64,000 nucleotides of DNA from Yuukianura sp. NJ FZ-2021 (Eukaryota). The notes beneath the pieces are model-generated. The model worked only from the letters and a program-made list of their open reading frames with translations, searched no databases and was not told where the DNA came from. Of this stretch, positions 10,560 to 24,700 are shown piece after piece. The stretch spans positions 2,356,001 through 2,420,000 of the forward strand of contig CM102283.1 in assembly GCA_046563655.1 (NCBI GenBank), given 5' to 3'. Within the stretch, counting starts at the first letter, position 1; each line of letters begins with the position of its first letter. The position numbers and the translations under genes are program-made.

Positions 10560-11926
10560 TTCGATACGTTCTCAACACGACGAGATCTACAACGAGACTG
10601 AAAAGTTAATTTTGACTGTGATTAAATGTTAACCGATGTTATGACGTTGCTGGTTCACACCGAAGAACAAGGATCCGTTCCAAAAATTGTAAGGCTTGAG
10701 AATTAGCCAGAAGCGCTTAACATACCACCGCACAAACCACCCACCCTTTTATTCTTCTTTTTTGTTTATCAAACAGCAGCCAACCTAATCTTACCGTGCA
10801 TTTCCAAATAAGTGCCCATATGGGGGTACCAATTCCTTCGTCAACCATTCAGTGGGGGTACTAGACTAGGGAACTCTTGGGAACAAAATTTCCAGAGTTG
10901 GATTGTGAAAAGTTCGACTGAAATTTAACTTATAGAGGTAGTTGAATTGCAAATATTCAAGTGAGATCTACCTGTTATAGACACTAGAGATATCTGAATT
11001 TTGAAAAATAGACTTGGAAAGTTAGCTTTACGCTTTACATTTTGGATAAATTTTAAATTTTAAAATTTTGGAATTGAAATACAACTGTCAAAGGCTTCTG
11101 AATTTTAAAAAATTAGGTAGAAAGGTAGGGCTTTGGAGCTATTTTTGAACAATGGAGCTATTTGACATAGTGGAGAAGAGTGGTACTAATATGGAGACAT
11201 TATTTGGCACATGTACGAGTTGGAAATTTACGGTAACAGAGCCTCGGACTTGAACAGACTTTTACTATGTAGTAAAGGGAACAGGATCCATGGGAACAAC
11301 CCCAAAATTCCATTCATTCCTCCGCTCTTTCACGCACAGAGCCTAAAATACGCATCGCTACACAATTTTTTGTCAAAGAAACTGCGTGTAACGTTGCGTT
11401 GTATTGATGTGGGTACAGTCGGAAAGTTCCTAGACGTTATGTAACACACTGCGTCGTAAGATTCATACAAAATCTTGGAAGAATACCCAAACAATTTTAT
11501 GGATTTGGAAAAGTGAGGGATTTTGGGATCTACTTTCGGTCAGAGATCAAGTTTCTTCGGGTTTTTCTTCATTCATTCATGAGAGGACAAGAGAAAGGAG
11601 TTCTTTATCCCCGAAATTCTTGGAAGTTAGAGTTCTTAACCCTCCCGGATTCTTGGAAAAATGTCGACATTCCAGCGTTCTAAGAGGGAAGGGAAATCGT
11701 CATCTTGTCGTTTCTGATGGTGACAGCAGCTTAATAATTCTGAAAGTTTTATTTGCCAAGTGAACCAAAATTTTCAGTAAATTATAAACTGACCTGTGAC
11801 TTGCCCTGACCTTGGTCGTTAACTGAAATTAAGAGGAAAGTGGATAATCTAAAAATTAACTTTAACCAAAAGTTGAATTTGAAAACCTGAAGAATATACT
11901 TTACAAGAGTATCTGCAGAGGAGGAT

Positions 11927-12874
11927 TTACGTTCCTTTTTTGATTGAAGCATCGCTGGACTTTCCTCCCAAAATCTTTTGACGTTGAGCAAACATGTGAA
12001 AGTAGAGCTGTGGAAAGACTGCAAAAGACAAAAGACATGGAACGGTTACATCCCGAACAGCGATCATACATGTATGAGGGGATAAAAAATTGAATGAACT
12101 TACTTGGAATATAGCTGAGCATTACGGCAATGAGAAAGTACTGGTAGTCAAACGCCATGTTGCCAGCATTTGGCATTCGGATGGTCAAGAGTTGATGTTC
12201 TTTGACGTATTCCAGAGCGGCGTAAATGGAAATGAGTTCTCCAGTGACACCAATTGGGTAGAGGAAGATGAAGAACGTGTAACTGTTAAGAATTCAAAGA
12301 ATACAACACACATTTTAGAAAAAGTGTCAAGCAGGAAGGTCAAACTGAGGTCAAGTAAAGTTCAACCTGACTTTAAAGGCACAGAAAATTACCGGAACCA
12401 TTGGAGTAAAGATGAAAGTCCGATGAGATGCAGAACATAGTATCCATAGCGGATGATTTCAGTGACGGACCAAGCGAATAGTAACATCGGGACACCAATT
12501 GAAACTTGGGACGGAGGACTCAGATGAAGTACACCCCAAACCGCGAAGACGCGCGACAGAACTTGAAAAGTTGTCAAGAAAACGTTGGACGGGACAATTC
12601 CAATGATTGCATGGACAACCTGGAAACAAATCGAAGCAAAAGAGCAAAACTTACAACAATTCTTCAAATTTTGAAAGTCGGGCACGGTAATACTTACCTC
12701 CATGACGGCAGCAGTTTGAAAAATTTTGAGAGGAAGTTCCACTTTGGTCCAGATTTCGTCCAAATTGGAGTAATTTTGAACAGAGATGAGGAGGACATAA
12801 GCCCACCCGAACGTCAGAAGTCCATTGTATAGAATTAAATAGCCAGTTGCCAGAGGATTACTTTTTGGAGCCAT
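11927..12874 (-). CDS. HACD: Very-long-chain 3-hydroxyacyl-CoA dehydratase (PTPLA/PHS1 family), 4 exons
   Basis: YLILYN, FQTAAVME, QVLSRVF, WSVTEIIRY, catalytic LYPIGVTGEL, FPQLYFHM, C-terminal KKGT* ER-retrieval motif. Confidence 0.92.
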
Positions 12875-12894
12875 TTTAAGTCAGGTGAGTTCTT

Positions 12895-13923
12895 TCAATT
12901 GTCCGGGTCTTCCTTATACTTATTCCACTTGGAGTTGGACGGTTCTGGAGGAACAAAGATAGAACCGGCGGGTTTCGGTTGTGCAGCTCTGGAAGACGTC
13001 AAAAGTGATGCTGCGCTGGTAAAACCTCCAGTACTGCCTTGGTTTGGTTTGGAAGTGTCGCCGTTCCCGTTAGCAAAATTGACAATAGCCTTGGCAATAC
13101 TGACGGACTCTTCTTCCAATTCACCACTGGCAAAGTTCAACGTTTGGACAATTTTTCGACACTCTGCTCCAGTACCCTCACCATATGCCTGTCAACAAAT
13201 ACATGTGGAAAGTTAGGAGCTGACATTCGTTGATTTTCAACAGTCATGACTTTTGACTCTCGCTGTACCTTCAAAAACGTCTGTTTCTTGTTGCAAATCT
13301 TGCAAGTCCACTTGTCCGATGCTTGTTTTACAATATGGTTCTGAAATAGAGAATTAAATTTTCAAGTTCACTGAATTATCTTATACTTATTTACCAATTA
13401 TCTGATTTAAAAGATTACATAATCGTGCGAACCTTTACAAACCTTAGCTTAGTTTCAAACATAACTAAACAGTTATTATGCGACTATTTCTCACAGTCTG
13501 ATAAAAACCCAGCAGAGGAACCGGTTTGACAACACACTTTTAAATGGACTAATGCTGCTACACAGTCAAATTCACATTGTATCTTAATAGTTACATTGGC
13601 CGAGTGCTCAAAATTAAAAAAATAAGCCGTTTCAAATCGTTATCAACTGAACATTGACCTTTCTGCTCTTCCCTTCCCATCATCTCTCCAAAAAGTTATC
13701 AACTTTATCATTTATCGTCAACCGTGTTACTCTTAAAAAGCTTCCAAATTATCATTTTGCATTCGCCAACTCGCGTAGGTAGTAAACACGATTTTGTTTA
13801 AATTCTAATTCCGGAACGCCTAATGAAAATAGAACGACGCGACGTGCCAGCGCCAACATATCTATATCTTACCTGAAACTTTTTACAATTCACACAACTC
13901 AAAACATGAAATGTTTGTGGCAT
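12895..13923 (-). CDS. MRNIP: MRN complex-interacting protein (C5orf45/UPF0544 family), 3 coding exons, 138 aa
   Basis: Exons 13923-13873, 13340-13269, 13188-12895: MPQTFHVLSCVNCKKFQ..KWTCKICNKKQ..AYGEGTGAECRKIVQTLN..SKWNKY. Confidence 0.85.
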
Positions 13924-14683
13924 GGCTTTTGATGCTCAGTTACAACTGTCACTTGACCTCTGGACAAATAACGATGAAATCTGACATTCAATCAAGGTAC
14001 GGATCAATCGGAACTCGGAAGGGACGGGACCGGGAAGATATAACCGCACCCGCATACACACGGCTTCTGCCGAGTAAACTGGATGAAAAACTGATAAAAC
14101 AAATCACCAAAACACAAATTCAAAATTTAAAGAATAAAATACTACACAAGCACTACATTGACATTGACATTGGAGCACAGACCAAAGACCACAGTTTTTA
14201 CATGTGTTAATCTAAAATGTGTAAATCAGTGCAAAATTATTTTGTTACGTATGTGCGTGTGCCATACCTGTCTTACCTGATATGATGCCACTCACTGTCC
14301 TGTGTACCAAATCACGTTCAATCTGTTCAAAAGGTCAATGAAGGTCAAAAAGCGAGAACAATCAACAACAACTTTAAAATTAATGCTTCACCGGCAGGAA
14401 AACTTTACTTTTTCTTTTTTTCACAGCCAACAGCTGATCCTGTTTGGGGATTTTCAAAACCTGAGGCTCGAATTAAAAATGGCGCGGACTTTAAATTTTG
14501 AAAACAATAGCCGCGGGTGAACAAGAATGTTGCCTGTAGCTTTTAGTCCAACCGACCTCGAGCACATGTTGTTTAAGCTTTGACTTTTTTGAGAAACAAC
14601 CAGTTTTTTTTTTTTTATAAGTTGCTTACATTTTTTAAAGTAAAGTACGATTGTTAATTACGAACGGTTGATTGATTGAGGAA

Positions 14684-16614
14684 ATGAAGGTGAAAGTGTT
14701 ATCACGAAACCCGGACAAGTACATCAGAGAAACTAAATTTCACTTGCACAAAGTCCCCAGAAATTATGATCCTGCTTTACATCCATTTGAAACTGCTAGG
14801 GAGTACACTAGAGCTCTAAATGCTGTCAAATTGGAACGGGTTTTTGCTAAACCATTTCTAGGGTCACTGGACGGTCATGCCGATGCCATCACTTGTCTTG
14901 AAAAGCACCCACAAGAACTATCCTGGCTTTATTCTGGAGCTGCGGACGGAATTGTAAGAGACCAAATTTGAAAAATAATGAAAATAAAACAATAGATTTC
15001 GAAATATTATTAAAAACTAAAATTCCATTTCTTGTTGCATTCCAGATCAAAATTTGGAACACGCCTGCCAGAAAATATGTCCAGACACTACAAGCTCACG
15101 ACGGATTCGTCCGCGGAATTACTTTTGCTCAGGATTCTAACACATTTATTTCCGTTGGTGACGATAAGAACATTCGATTCTGGTCTGCACTGCCGGACGA
15201 CTTGGTTGGAGACAGCGATTGGAGTCCCACTACTGCCAAACACAATATTGTAACCAAGGTAAATCCAGCAACCAGAATCGGACTAAAAAAAACAAATCGA
15301 ATGTAATTACAAATTACCAACCAGGTCTTACATTCCATTTTTCCAGTATTCCTTGACCACGATCAGTCATCATGCGAAGAAATCGCTTTATGCCACCGGA
15401 GGAGACTCTTGTCTTGTTTGGGAAACCCAGCGGAACGAACCACTGCACAAGTATGACTGGGGTGTAGACACTCTCAACTGCGTTAGGTTCAACCAATCTC
15501 AAACAAACGTTTTGAGTAAGTCAAAAAACGAAATTACAAAAGTATTAGGTTCTTGGTATTCCCAAATCTAAGTACTACATTTTTTTGTACACAGGCGCCT
15601 GTGCGAGTGACAACAGTGTGATGCTGTATGACATCCGTGGTAACAGTCCTATTAGGAAAGTAGTGCTGACGCTGCGTGCTAACGTTATGGAATGGAATCC
15701 AATGGAACCTTTTGTATTCGTTGTTGGGAGTGAAGATTACAAGTGAGCCAATTACTGAAAGATTTCAGTCAGAAACGTTATTCATTTGGTTTATAAATAA
15801 ATCTCACTTCTTAGCTGCTACGCTTTCGACATGCGTAGATTGAAAGTTCCACTGAACATTTACAAGGACCATGTCAGTGCTGTGATTGATGTGGACTTCA
15901 GTCCGACCGGCAAGGAGTTTGTGTCGGGAAGTTATGACAAAACTATTCGAATCTTCGAAACGGACAAGGTGAGTTTTTAAACGGATAATTTAATTTTTAA
16001 TTACTAACTTAACTTAATATTTGATTAAACTTAACTTTTTCTGTGAAACAGGGTCACTCCAGAGAAGTTTATCACACGAAACGTATGCAGCGTCTGACAT
16101 CAGTTCTTTGGACGAGGGACAACAAATACATTATTTCTGGAAGTGACGAAATGAATATCCGAATTTGGAAGGCTAAAGCATGGGAGAAACTAGGAGTGGT
16201 ACAAAAAAAACTAAAAAACTGAAAACTGTTCTCCTCGCTTGAAGGTCAATCATTCACTGTTTTCCTAATTTTTTAAAAATGTTTTTGACAGTTGAAAACA
16301 ACAGAAAGGCAAGCCCTGAATTACAACGAAAGTCTCAAGGAAAAGTTTGCCAATTTTCCCCAAGTCAAGAGGATTCTCCGTCATCGTCATGTACCGAAAC
16401 ACGTTTTCCATGCCAAACAAGAGCACCGGACCATCCACAACTCCAGACTCCGAAAGTACGTTTCCACTTTACTTTCATATTATTTTAATATAATATATAA
16501 TATGTTTATTTTTTATTTATTTTTAGGGAAGGCAATCGACGTTCTCATTCGAAACCAGGAGCAGTTCCATTCGTACCCGCACGGACAAAGAATGTTGTTT
16601 CGGAGGAACAATAG
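14684..16614 (+). CDS. DCAF13: DDB1- and CUL4-associated factor 13 (Sof1, WD40)
   Basis: MKVKVLSRNPD, PRNYDPALHPFE..REYTRALNAVKLERVFAKPF, WD repeats, YHTKRMQ, GSDEMNIRIWKA, Sof1 tail RILRHRHVPK. Confidence 0.95.
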
Positions 16615-17025
16615 TAACCGTAACAGCTTCCTTATCTATTGTTATGTTGTTGCTAAATTGCAATTAATTTTCTTAATGTGTAATTCAATTAGTATAAATT
16701 GTTTTATTTTATTGATTAATTAAAACGAGAAAGTCGGAGTTGCTTCATTGCCCGTGTTGGGAGTACGTGACGACAACCATGCACTCTGTTGTTCGGTAGC
16801 TTTCAGACAGACAATTAAACTTTCCTTCTTCCATCTTCTGTCTTCATTCATCAAGATTCAAGACCTTGTCAATTCAAATTTAAATTGAGGTCAAAAGGTC
16901 AAATCGTTTACAAACTGAAAGTGCACTCACGGTTGCTTGCTGCCTATATAATTAGTCGTGCCCAACGCTTTGTTAATTCAGTTACCAGATAGCAACAGTG
17001 CTTTGCACTTGCAGACTTAGGAAGG

Positions 17026-17651
17026 ATGTCTAGTTATCTGCCGATATCGATACCGCTAAGTTTCAGGCGTTTCGTTCACAGGTCGACACGGTCATGTCAA
17101 GGTCAAAAAGATGCAGGAATACCGTCAAGCGATGTAGTAAAAACAGCACATTCAGCATCAGCGTCAAGCTCAACTGTCGTAGATCCAACGAGTGAGTAAA
17201 CATTTCCAAATCAGAGGAACTAATTAACTTAAGACGGTTGACTGACGTTTAGTTTCTTTTCAGGGTTTAAGAAGGTGGAGCCAACATACTTGGACAAGCA
17301 TTTCTTGGTATGGTCAGGACATTATAAATCTAGAGATGAAATCCCTAAGACCGTGGAGTAAGTTCATAATAGTTGAATGATGATTAGCAATTTAGCATAT
17401 TATTACTAATTAAGTTATTGACGAACGTCTTATGTTGTAGTCTACCAGCCATTGAGAAGTCACGGAGCGTATCCAGAATTCGAATCAACTTGGGGTTTAT
17501 GGTGGTGGGACTGGCGACAGCAGCAGTTATGATCTACCTTGGCAAGAAATCGTTTAAACAAGGAGATTCACTGGAAACTAGAAATAGAGCCTGGCATCAG
17601 CAAGTCAAGGAAGACTACGAACGTGAGCAGGCTGCAGCATCGAAGCAGTAG
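17026..17651 (+). CDS. FAM162: FAM162/UPF0389 family membrane protein, 3 exons
   Basis: PTYLDKHFLVWSGHYKSRDEIPKTV, SRIRINLGFMVVG..MIYLGKK..GDSL..N..WH. Confidence 0.85.
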
Positions 17652-17982
17652 GAAAATGAGCAATACTGACTAGATTCAAGATGGTTGACGAGACGCAGCG
17701 CAAACTATAGTTTCAGCTATTTAGTGAAAATCAATAATCAATCACTAATTTATTTGAACACAAACCTCTCAAATCTGAATTTAAACGTCATCCTTTGGAC
17801 GATTCATTTGTAAAGGGAGTAACTATTCATACTGAAAAAACCTTAAACATTCAAGGCACTTTTGGGTTTTGTTTTCTAAGGACTTCTTTCTTTTAGAATA
17901 GTAAACGTCTAAGGACCTTCAGCACTTCTGAGAGTTTGGGCGTTGGCAGGTCCGCAGATGTTTTAGTAATTAAAAAACTTAA

Positions 17983-18596
17983 TCATTGTTCGGGATGCGA
18001 AGGAGGCTTGTAAAAGGCTCGACATCGCTCATTGTAAATTGTTAACGTTCTATTCCGTATAACAGCTTCAACTGCTTCTTCCGTCTGGAGCTCTCTTAGC
18101 TAAATCGGAACCAAAATTAACTATACACTGGGTTCAAATCATCGCTTGCTTATGATTTTGTAAAATTGATCTTACCTTTCCCTGTTCTTTTCTTAATCGC
18201 TTCCGAACATCGATATCATCTGGATTTGACTTTCGTTCTTCCTGAAGTCTCTGTAGTTTGACAATTGTGGAATTGATACACGTACGTAGAGTGCCTTCTC
18301 GATTGGTGTGATTAGTGACTAGTTGCGTAAAGAGGTCCTTGCAGGTTGTTGTTGGATCTACCTTGCCTGCAAAAGATTCCGTTGGAATTGATGTATTCAG
18401 AGAATAGACAATTTTGTCATCCAGTACTCTCATCTTTTTAAGAGCATCCTGTACAAAATACACAGTAAAAAGAAAAACGTTGTTAAAAGTTGAAAATTAA
18501 ATTGTAAAAAAACACATGAGGAAAACGTGCTTTGTTTACCAAGAATTCACTGATGTCATCGCACATTGAAGAAGACGAAGTCATTTGAACCAGCAT
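17983..18596 (-). CDS. MIX23: Protein MIX23 / CCDC58, 3 exons
   Basis: [34 protein letters not shown], CX14C pair, LRKEQGKLRELQTE, ERCRAFYKP. Confidence 0.9.
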
Positions 18597-19475
18597 TTGC
18601 CTTTATTCAGAAATTTACCCTCAGCGTTTCAAATCTAAAAATCGATCACCTCTATTTGAGATTTTAATTAATTTTGGTTTTGAACATCACTATCTTTTCT
18701 GCACAACTCAATTACTCCAGCAGAAAACCAGAGAAGATTACCGCCCGGCGCCGCCGGCAGGGTTCTCCTCAAATAACGCTTGCATGGTTTTCCAGTTCCG
18801 TTAACTAAACAATTCCTGAAACGAAGAAGTAAGTTGAATTACGTTTTTTAGATTTACACGAATGTTGTTTTGAAAATTTCCATTGGTATTTTTATTTTCA
18901 TGTATCGAATCGAATTTGCAAAATGCAGAGATTTTTCTTACTGTTGCAAACAAGTAAACAAAGCAGGATATCGGTTTGGGGTAAAGTGAGACATGAATTT
19001 TGGCTTTTAGTGTATACCGGGAGTTCCTCGATGTTTAAATTTCAAATACTATAACCAAAATATTTAATCGTAAAAATGAAACTCTTGATCATCCGCTCCG
19101 ATTTTGATTTTAATTGTTATAGTTTTTAATTATATTTAATTAAAAAATAATCACCCAACTTACACAATTACAATTGAATCATCAACTACGGCTTTGAAAA
19201 TTTAATTAACAAAGGTAACATAGAACTGTGAATGCCCATATGAGGTTACCGTTGACGTAGTCGTGTGAAGTGAGTTCTTGAAAAACTCAGTTAAAATTGA
19301 AAATCATTCTTTCAATTTTTTTTGTTGTCTCTGGATTTTGATTGTATGTAAATTGTCATTTTGGGGAATCACTGTCAATTGATTATTGTTGGTCAAGTTG
19401 TTAATTGCCAGTATCAGTATTGACACATTGGTGTTCTTCATTCCGTAACACAGTACAACTAAGGATTCTGGAATC

Positions 19476-20745
19476 ATGAGCTGCGAAATTCAACCGGCGA
19501 CTGGAGGGTTTTCGTTTGCTAATGTGGCACGGTAAGTTGAATTCATCTGTTCAATTGAATCATTAACACTGTGTAACAACCAGAAAAGAAGGTAAAGGTT
19601 CAGTCAACGTTAATCTAAGAACTATGTCCTTTTTCGTTGTAGCAATGCGTTTATGGAGGAAAAGGGTTACGTTGCTCCAAAGGCAGTGAAGACAGGAACA
19701 ACAATCGTTGGAATTGTTGTTAAGGATGGCGTTATCCTAGGAGCAGATACGCGAGCAACGTCAGGTGATATCGTGGCGGATAAGAATTCGGAGAAGATTC
19801 ATCGTTTGGCTCGAAGAATTTAGTAATTTCAAATCGTCAAAGATTCGTTTTCATATCCAATCCATGCGAAACCGTAACTAAAGAGATGTATGTTTTTACT
19901 GTTTTTCAGTTGCTGCGGAGCTGGAACTGCTGCAGACACAGAGATGACCACCCGTTCAATTGAATCTCAATTGGAACTTTTACGTTTGAACACCGATCGG
20001 GAAGTTCGTGTTGCAGCGGCTAATCGTCTCTTGAAACAGTTTCTGTTTCGCTATCAGGTAAAACTTGAGTGAACTTTCTCGCTTAAGTATAACCTTATAA
20101 ATTAATGACACAATTTCAGGGACATATTGGAGCTGCACTGATCGTTGGCGGAGTGGATGTTGCCGGTTCACACATTTACTGCATCTACCCGCACGGATCC
20201 ACTGACAAACTCCCGTATGCCACAATGGGCTCTGGATCTCTGGCAGCAATGGCAGTCATTGAAACTTGCTGGCGTCCGGAGATGAGTGTAAGCTTGCATT
20301 TTACTGGACATGCACAAGTAAAGTACAGTTTAGTAAACTTTTGTTTTCCTTTTTGAACAGATAGCCGATGGAATTAAGGTTGTTCGGGACGCAATTCATG
20401 CTGGAATCATGAATGACTTGGGTTCTGGAAACAGTGTAGATGTCTACGTCATTTCCAAAAATGAGCCTGATGTCCACATCCACCGTCCATACGAAGAAGT
20501 TGGAGTCAAGGGTCGAAGGTTAGTTTAAAAAAAAACTGTTTTCAAATTTTCAATTTCAAACATTTCAAAAAAATGACAATTTGAATGTTGTTGCTTACAG
20601 AGAGGGAGACTACAGTTTCCCACCTGGAACAACCGCTGTGCTCAAAACCCAATATATTCCAATCGTGATTGAAAACGAAGAAGTCGTGCGGATGGAGACT
20701 GATGAGCTTGAGTCAGCTGACCGCCCGATCCACCGAACTCATTAG
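19476..20745 (+). CDS. PSMB7: Proteasome subunit beta type-7 (beta2)
   Basis: [69 protein letters not shown]. Confidence 0.95.
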
Positions 20746-21702
20746 TTTCGTCAACAAACATCATCATATTTAAAACTTTACTTTAAAATGGGTTTACAGT
20801 GATGAGAGTGAGTGCGGTCACTAGATAAAAATTGAATTTTTCCAATAACACAATTTCCTCTTTGCATTAATTTCATTTTGCTTCTTTCCGGACCTTACGG
20901 AAACTCATTTTTCAAGTCTTCCGGAATTGATTTTTTTTTAAAAGGAAGCGCCTATGTTTAGTAATTTATTTGGATAAAGGTCAATTTATTTCCACGGATT
21001 TCCTCTTATGCTGCAAAGAACTTGAGATTTATTTTTAGAACAGAAAATGTACAAGAAAAGAACAGAATTTGGGAGGAGAGTCGCCTACTTCAATGCGAAT
21101 ATGACACACTATTCACTGGATTTGTGCCACTAACATCCAAGTACTTTCAAGCTTCCGGTTAAATTGGAAACATAATCTAAGCTAAGCTGACAAAAACTAC
21201 AACAGTACACCGCTAAAGTACGAAAAAGTTTAAAAAGTTACAAAAAAAAGTTCTTGCGTTCAAAAGCGTCGCGACTTTTAGAAAACAATGAGACTAAAAG
21301 TTTTTTAGGTGAGGACGTCAAAGGATCGCACAAAATTGAGGTAAATTTTTTGAGTTTTTTGATTTTTAGATTATTTTTGTTTAAGTTTTTTATGAATCTG
21401 ATTAACAGTGTTTTATGGTTTCACCGGTTGTGCTCCAGAAATCATCGTTAAAAAATCTCTTTCTGAAATAGTTCTAAAACTTTTTTTTAGAAGGCTATAA
21501 ATTTCGGTGGAATTTTCTGCGCAGTGGCAGATTGCCAAAATTGTTTTTGGCGTGTGAAGGTTTCCTACACGTTTTTTTTACTTTTTGAAAAATACATAAC
21601 CTCCTTAATCCCAGTTTCAAAAAAGTGAAATCTTTAATGTATTAGGTGTGAATTTTTTTTAAATTCTTTTTTATTTCAACTTATGTTTGAAAAAAGTGAT
21701 GT

Positions 21703-24700
21703 TCATCTTTGGTCTTCCGCTTGTCTGATACAATCTGGGTAGCCATAGACGTCCAGTGCTATCAAAACTCCAGTCGTCAAGACGGAAGTGATGATGAGGA
21801 TCCAGAGTAAGATTTTACGAAAGAGCCCGCCCTTGAAATTTTGAAAAATTATTTTTAGAAATTTTCAAGGTCATTGACCTTTAGCCGGACAGAGGTCATT
21901 GACCTTACGGGAGGCTCTGGGTCAACATCAGTCACACCCGACGGTGCCAAACCAGCAAACTGGTATAGCCTTGACGAGTCCATGCCTTGGATAAAGTCTA
22001 TGTAGCAAACCTGATACTAACGAAAAATCATACTTTACGTGTGTTCGTATGCCCAGTGTAGTAAGGGTCGCATTATCGAGAAGCATAGTCGAGAATTGTC
22101 GACGATAAATTATCGATAATTATCGAAATTTTTTCGTCGTTATCGATAATTTTCGATAATATTGGGCATGTTGAGGGGTATGTAATTCAAAAATTTCGAT
22201 AAATCTACCACAATTATTTCAACGTATCTTCAACAAGAGAAAATTTTTAAATCATTACAATTTAAGTTCTGCCAAAAATCAAGGTTTTCTCGTAAATTAC
22301 TAAGGATTTTTCACCTGCTTTAAATGGTACATAGTACCTTAATTCTACATGTGAAATTATCGTTATCGAATTATCGATAATGGAAATCAAAATTATCGAT
22401 AATTATCCGTTATCGATGATAAAAAAACGTTTCTGCGTTTCAATTAAGGCTAAAACTAATTTTTTGCAATTTTTCCTAAACAAACAAATAGAATTATTTA
22501 ATGTACAAAATACAAACAGAATCGACTCACAATCATCACCTACTTAACTAGCCGTCTAAATTTTCACCTTAAAACATCTAATCTGTCTGTACATTCATCA
22601 CTCTTTTAAAATTTTACAATTTTACAATTATCTTAAACTTAGCCGAGAACACAATAATTTTAAACATAATATTAATTTTAAATTAGATTACCTAACTGAG
22701 GTGTAATAACCTGCTAATGCAGGAAACTTTCAGAATAAAATTGAAATTGAAAATTGAAAGTTATCGATAATGCGACCACTACCTACTACCAGTGTGTTGT
22801 TTTTGTATATAAGCAAAGATACTTGCGCAGTAGTACTTGCGCAGTAGTACTTACGGACAACATGAGATGAACCAGGAAGTAGACGACAATCCATGTGACC
22901 AGGACTGGAAAACTGGCACAAGGGAGGCCGTGTCTCACATCCTTGCTTTTGTAAATCATAAAATCTGAGGATGAAAAATCAAAATTTGAAAAACATATCA
23001 ATTTTTTTTTCAAAATCTTAAAGTTTTCTTGTTAAAGTTAGTGACTTGTGAGTACATGAAATGATGAAGATGACATGTCCGAGTATGGCATGGACACATG
23101 ATGTCGCCGAATGGTTGGCATGCCGTTTCATGTAGATCCTAATGCCAAGACAGATTTGAACAAATGCGCATGAGCAGAGCAAAATGGCTGAAACATTGTG
23201 ATGGTTCCAGCCGTTGGCGAAAATTTCAATTTCTTTCTTTGAGTTAATCAAAATGAGGACCAATGCCACAATAGTGAGGCCTATAACCACTCCGTTGATA
23301 ATCACATGAACCTAAGGAAAATCAAAATTTTGAAATTTTTTTACGATTTTTTTTTTAATTTTGAAAAATTTAATTTTGGTGGCTTACAGCAAACCAAATG
23401 CTTAGATTCCCCCAGTATCGGTCATGACATGTATTTTTGTAGTAGCGAATCACAAACGTTGAAATTGGCAACAGCAGGAGCCAGCCAATCAGGAAAAAGT
23501 ATCCGTGCAATTTTTCAAAAAGTTTCCGAAGTTCTGAGTCCTTAAAAAAATGAAAAAAAAAAATTGAAATTTTCTAATTTTTTTTAGTTCAAAATTAAGT
23601 TTACATCCTTACACCAAATTCCATTAACTTGTACTTGCGTGGTGAAACTAATGTTCCCAAATCGTGGTATCCGACTCCAACTTTATTTTGTCTAGCTGAA
23701 AATTTCAAAATGTTAAACTTTTCAAAAAAATAAAAGGAAAAATTTTGAATTTCGATTACATTCTGCTGAGTTTCCTCTTGCAAGAAGGAAATAGTAAGAG
23801 TCTTTTTCCAAGTTGAAATAAATTTTCTTCGTGGTCACATTTGTCTGATGCTTTATGTACGTTAGTTTTTTGAGGATGAAGCTACAGTACAACCAGAGGT
23901 CACTGTAGTGTCCAACGAGGTTGAAAATTCCTGAATGGTCAGCCTATCAAAAACAACAATATTCATAAGGGGCGGAGCCAATCAGAAATGGCGTCAAAAA
24001 CTCACCAATCGGAGATTGGTTTTCCCGCGGTTGACCGACCTGTAGATTCTCACTTGACGATTCTCCCGAACGCAGTCTACGACGTTATCGGCTCCCTATA
24101 AAGTTAAAGAGCAAAGGTCATTGACCTTCCAAAAAGGTCATTGACCTCAAAGGTCATTGACCTTTGGTCCTTACCATTTTCTGGTCAAATGATAGTCCCA
24201 GAGACACATACTTAGGAGTTTTTGCCAAAAGCTGGAATCGAACACCGCCCGAGGCATGTTTCGCCGTATACGAAACGGCAACCTCGCAAGACTTGGACTG
24301 CATGCATGCTCGAGGCCCACCGAAACAGTCTTTGTCATCGTTGCAGCCGTAGTAGAAGTCTTTAGGTTGAAAAGTGTCCAGCATCACGGCCTAAGGGTAA
24401 ACATTTCGGGATCAATGACCTCTGGGTATTCAAAGGTCAAAGGTCAAAGGTCAAGGTCATTGTTACCCCACTCAACTGACTTTCTGCAACGGTGTCATCC
24501 ACCCCGTGGGAGATAAAGTAGTCTGAACTTTCGTTAGCATGAAACCGTACTCCACGAGGTTCGGGTTCTTCCGTAGTCGTAGTTTTTCGACGTTTTTGTT
24601 TTCGAAATCGTACTTTTTTTGGAACCACAGCTTCCACGATATTTCCAGCGATACCTCCAAAACCTCCCGGTTTTCGATTCGCTGTGCCGGAAGCTTGGTT

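Noticed and set aside
12874-12897. Stop-codon readthrough fusing MRNIP to HACD
   Set aside because: The 20-nt spacer puts HACD out of frame with MRNIP.
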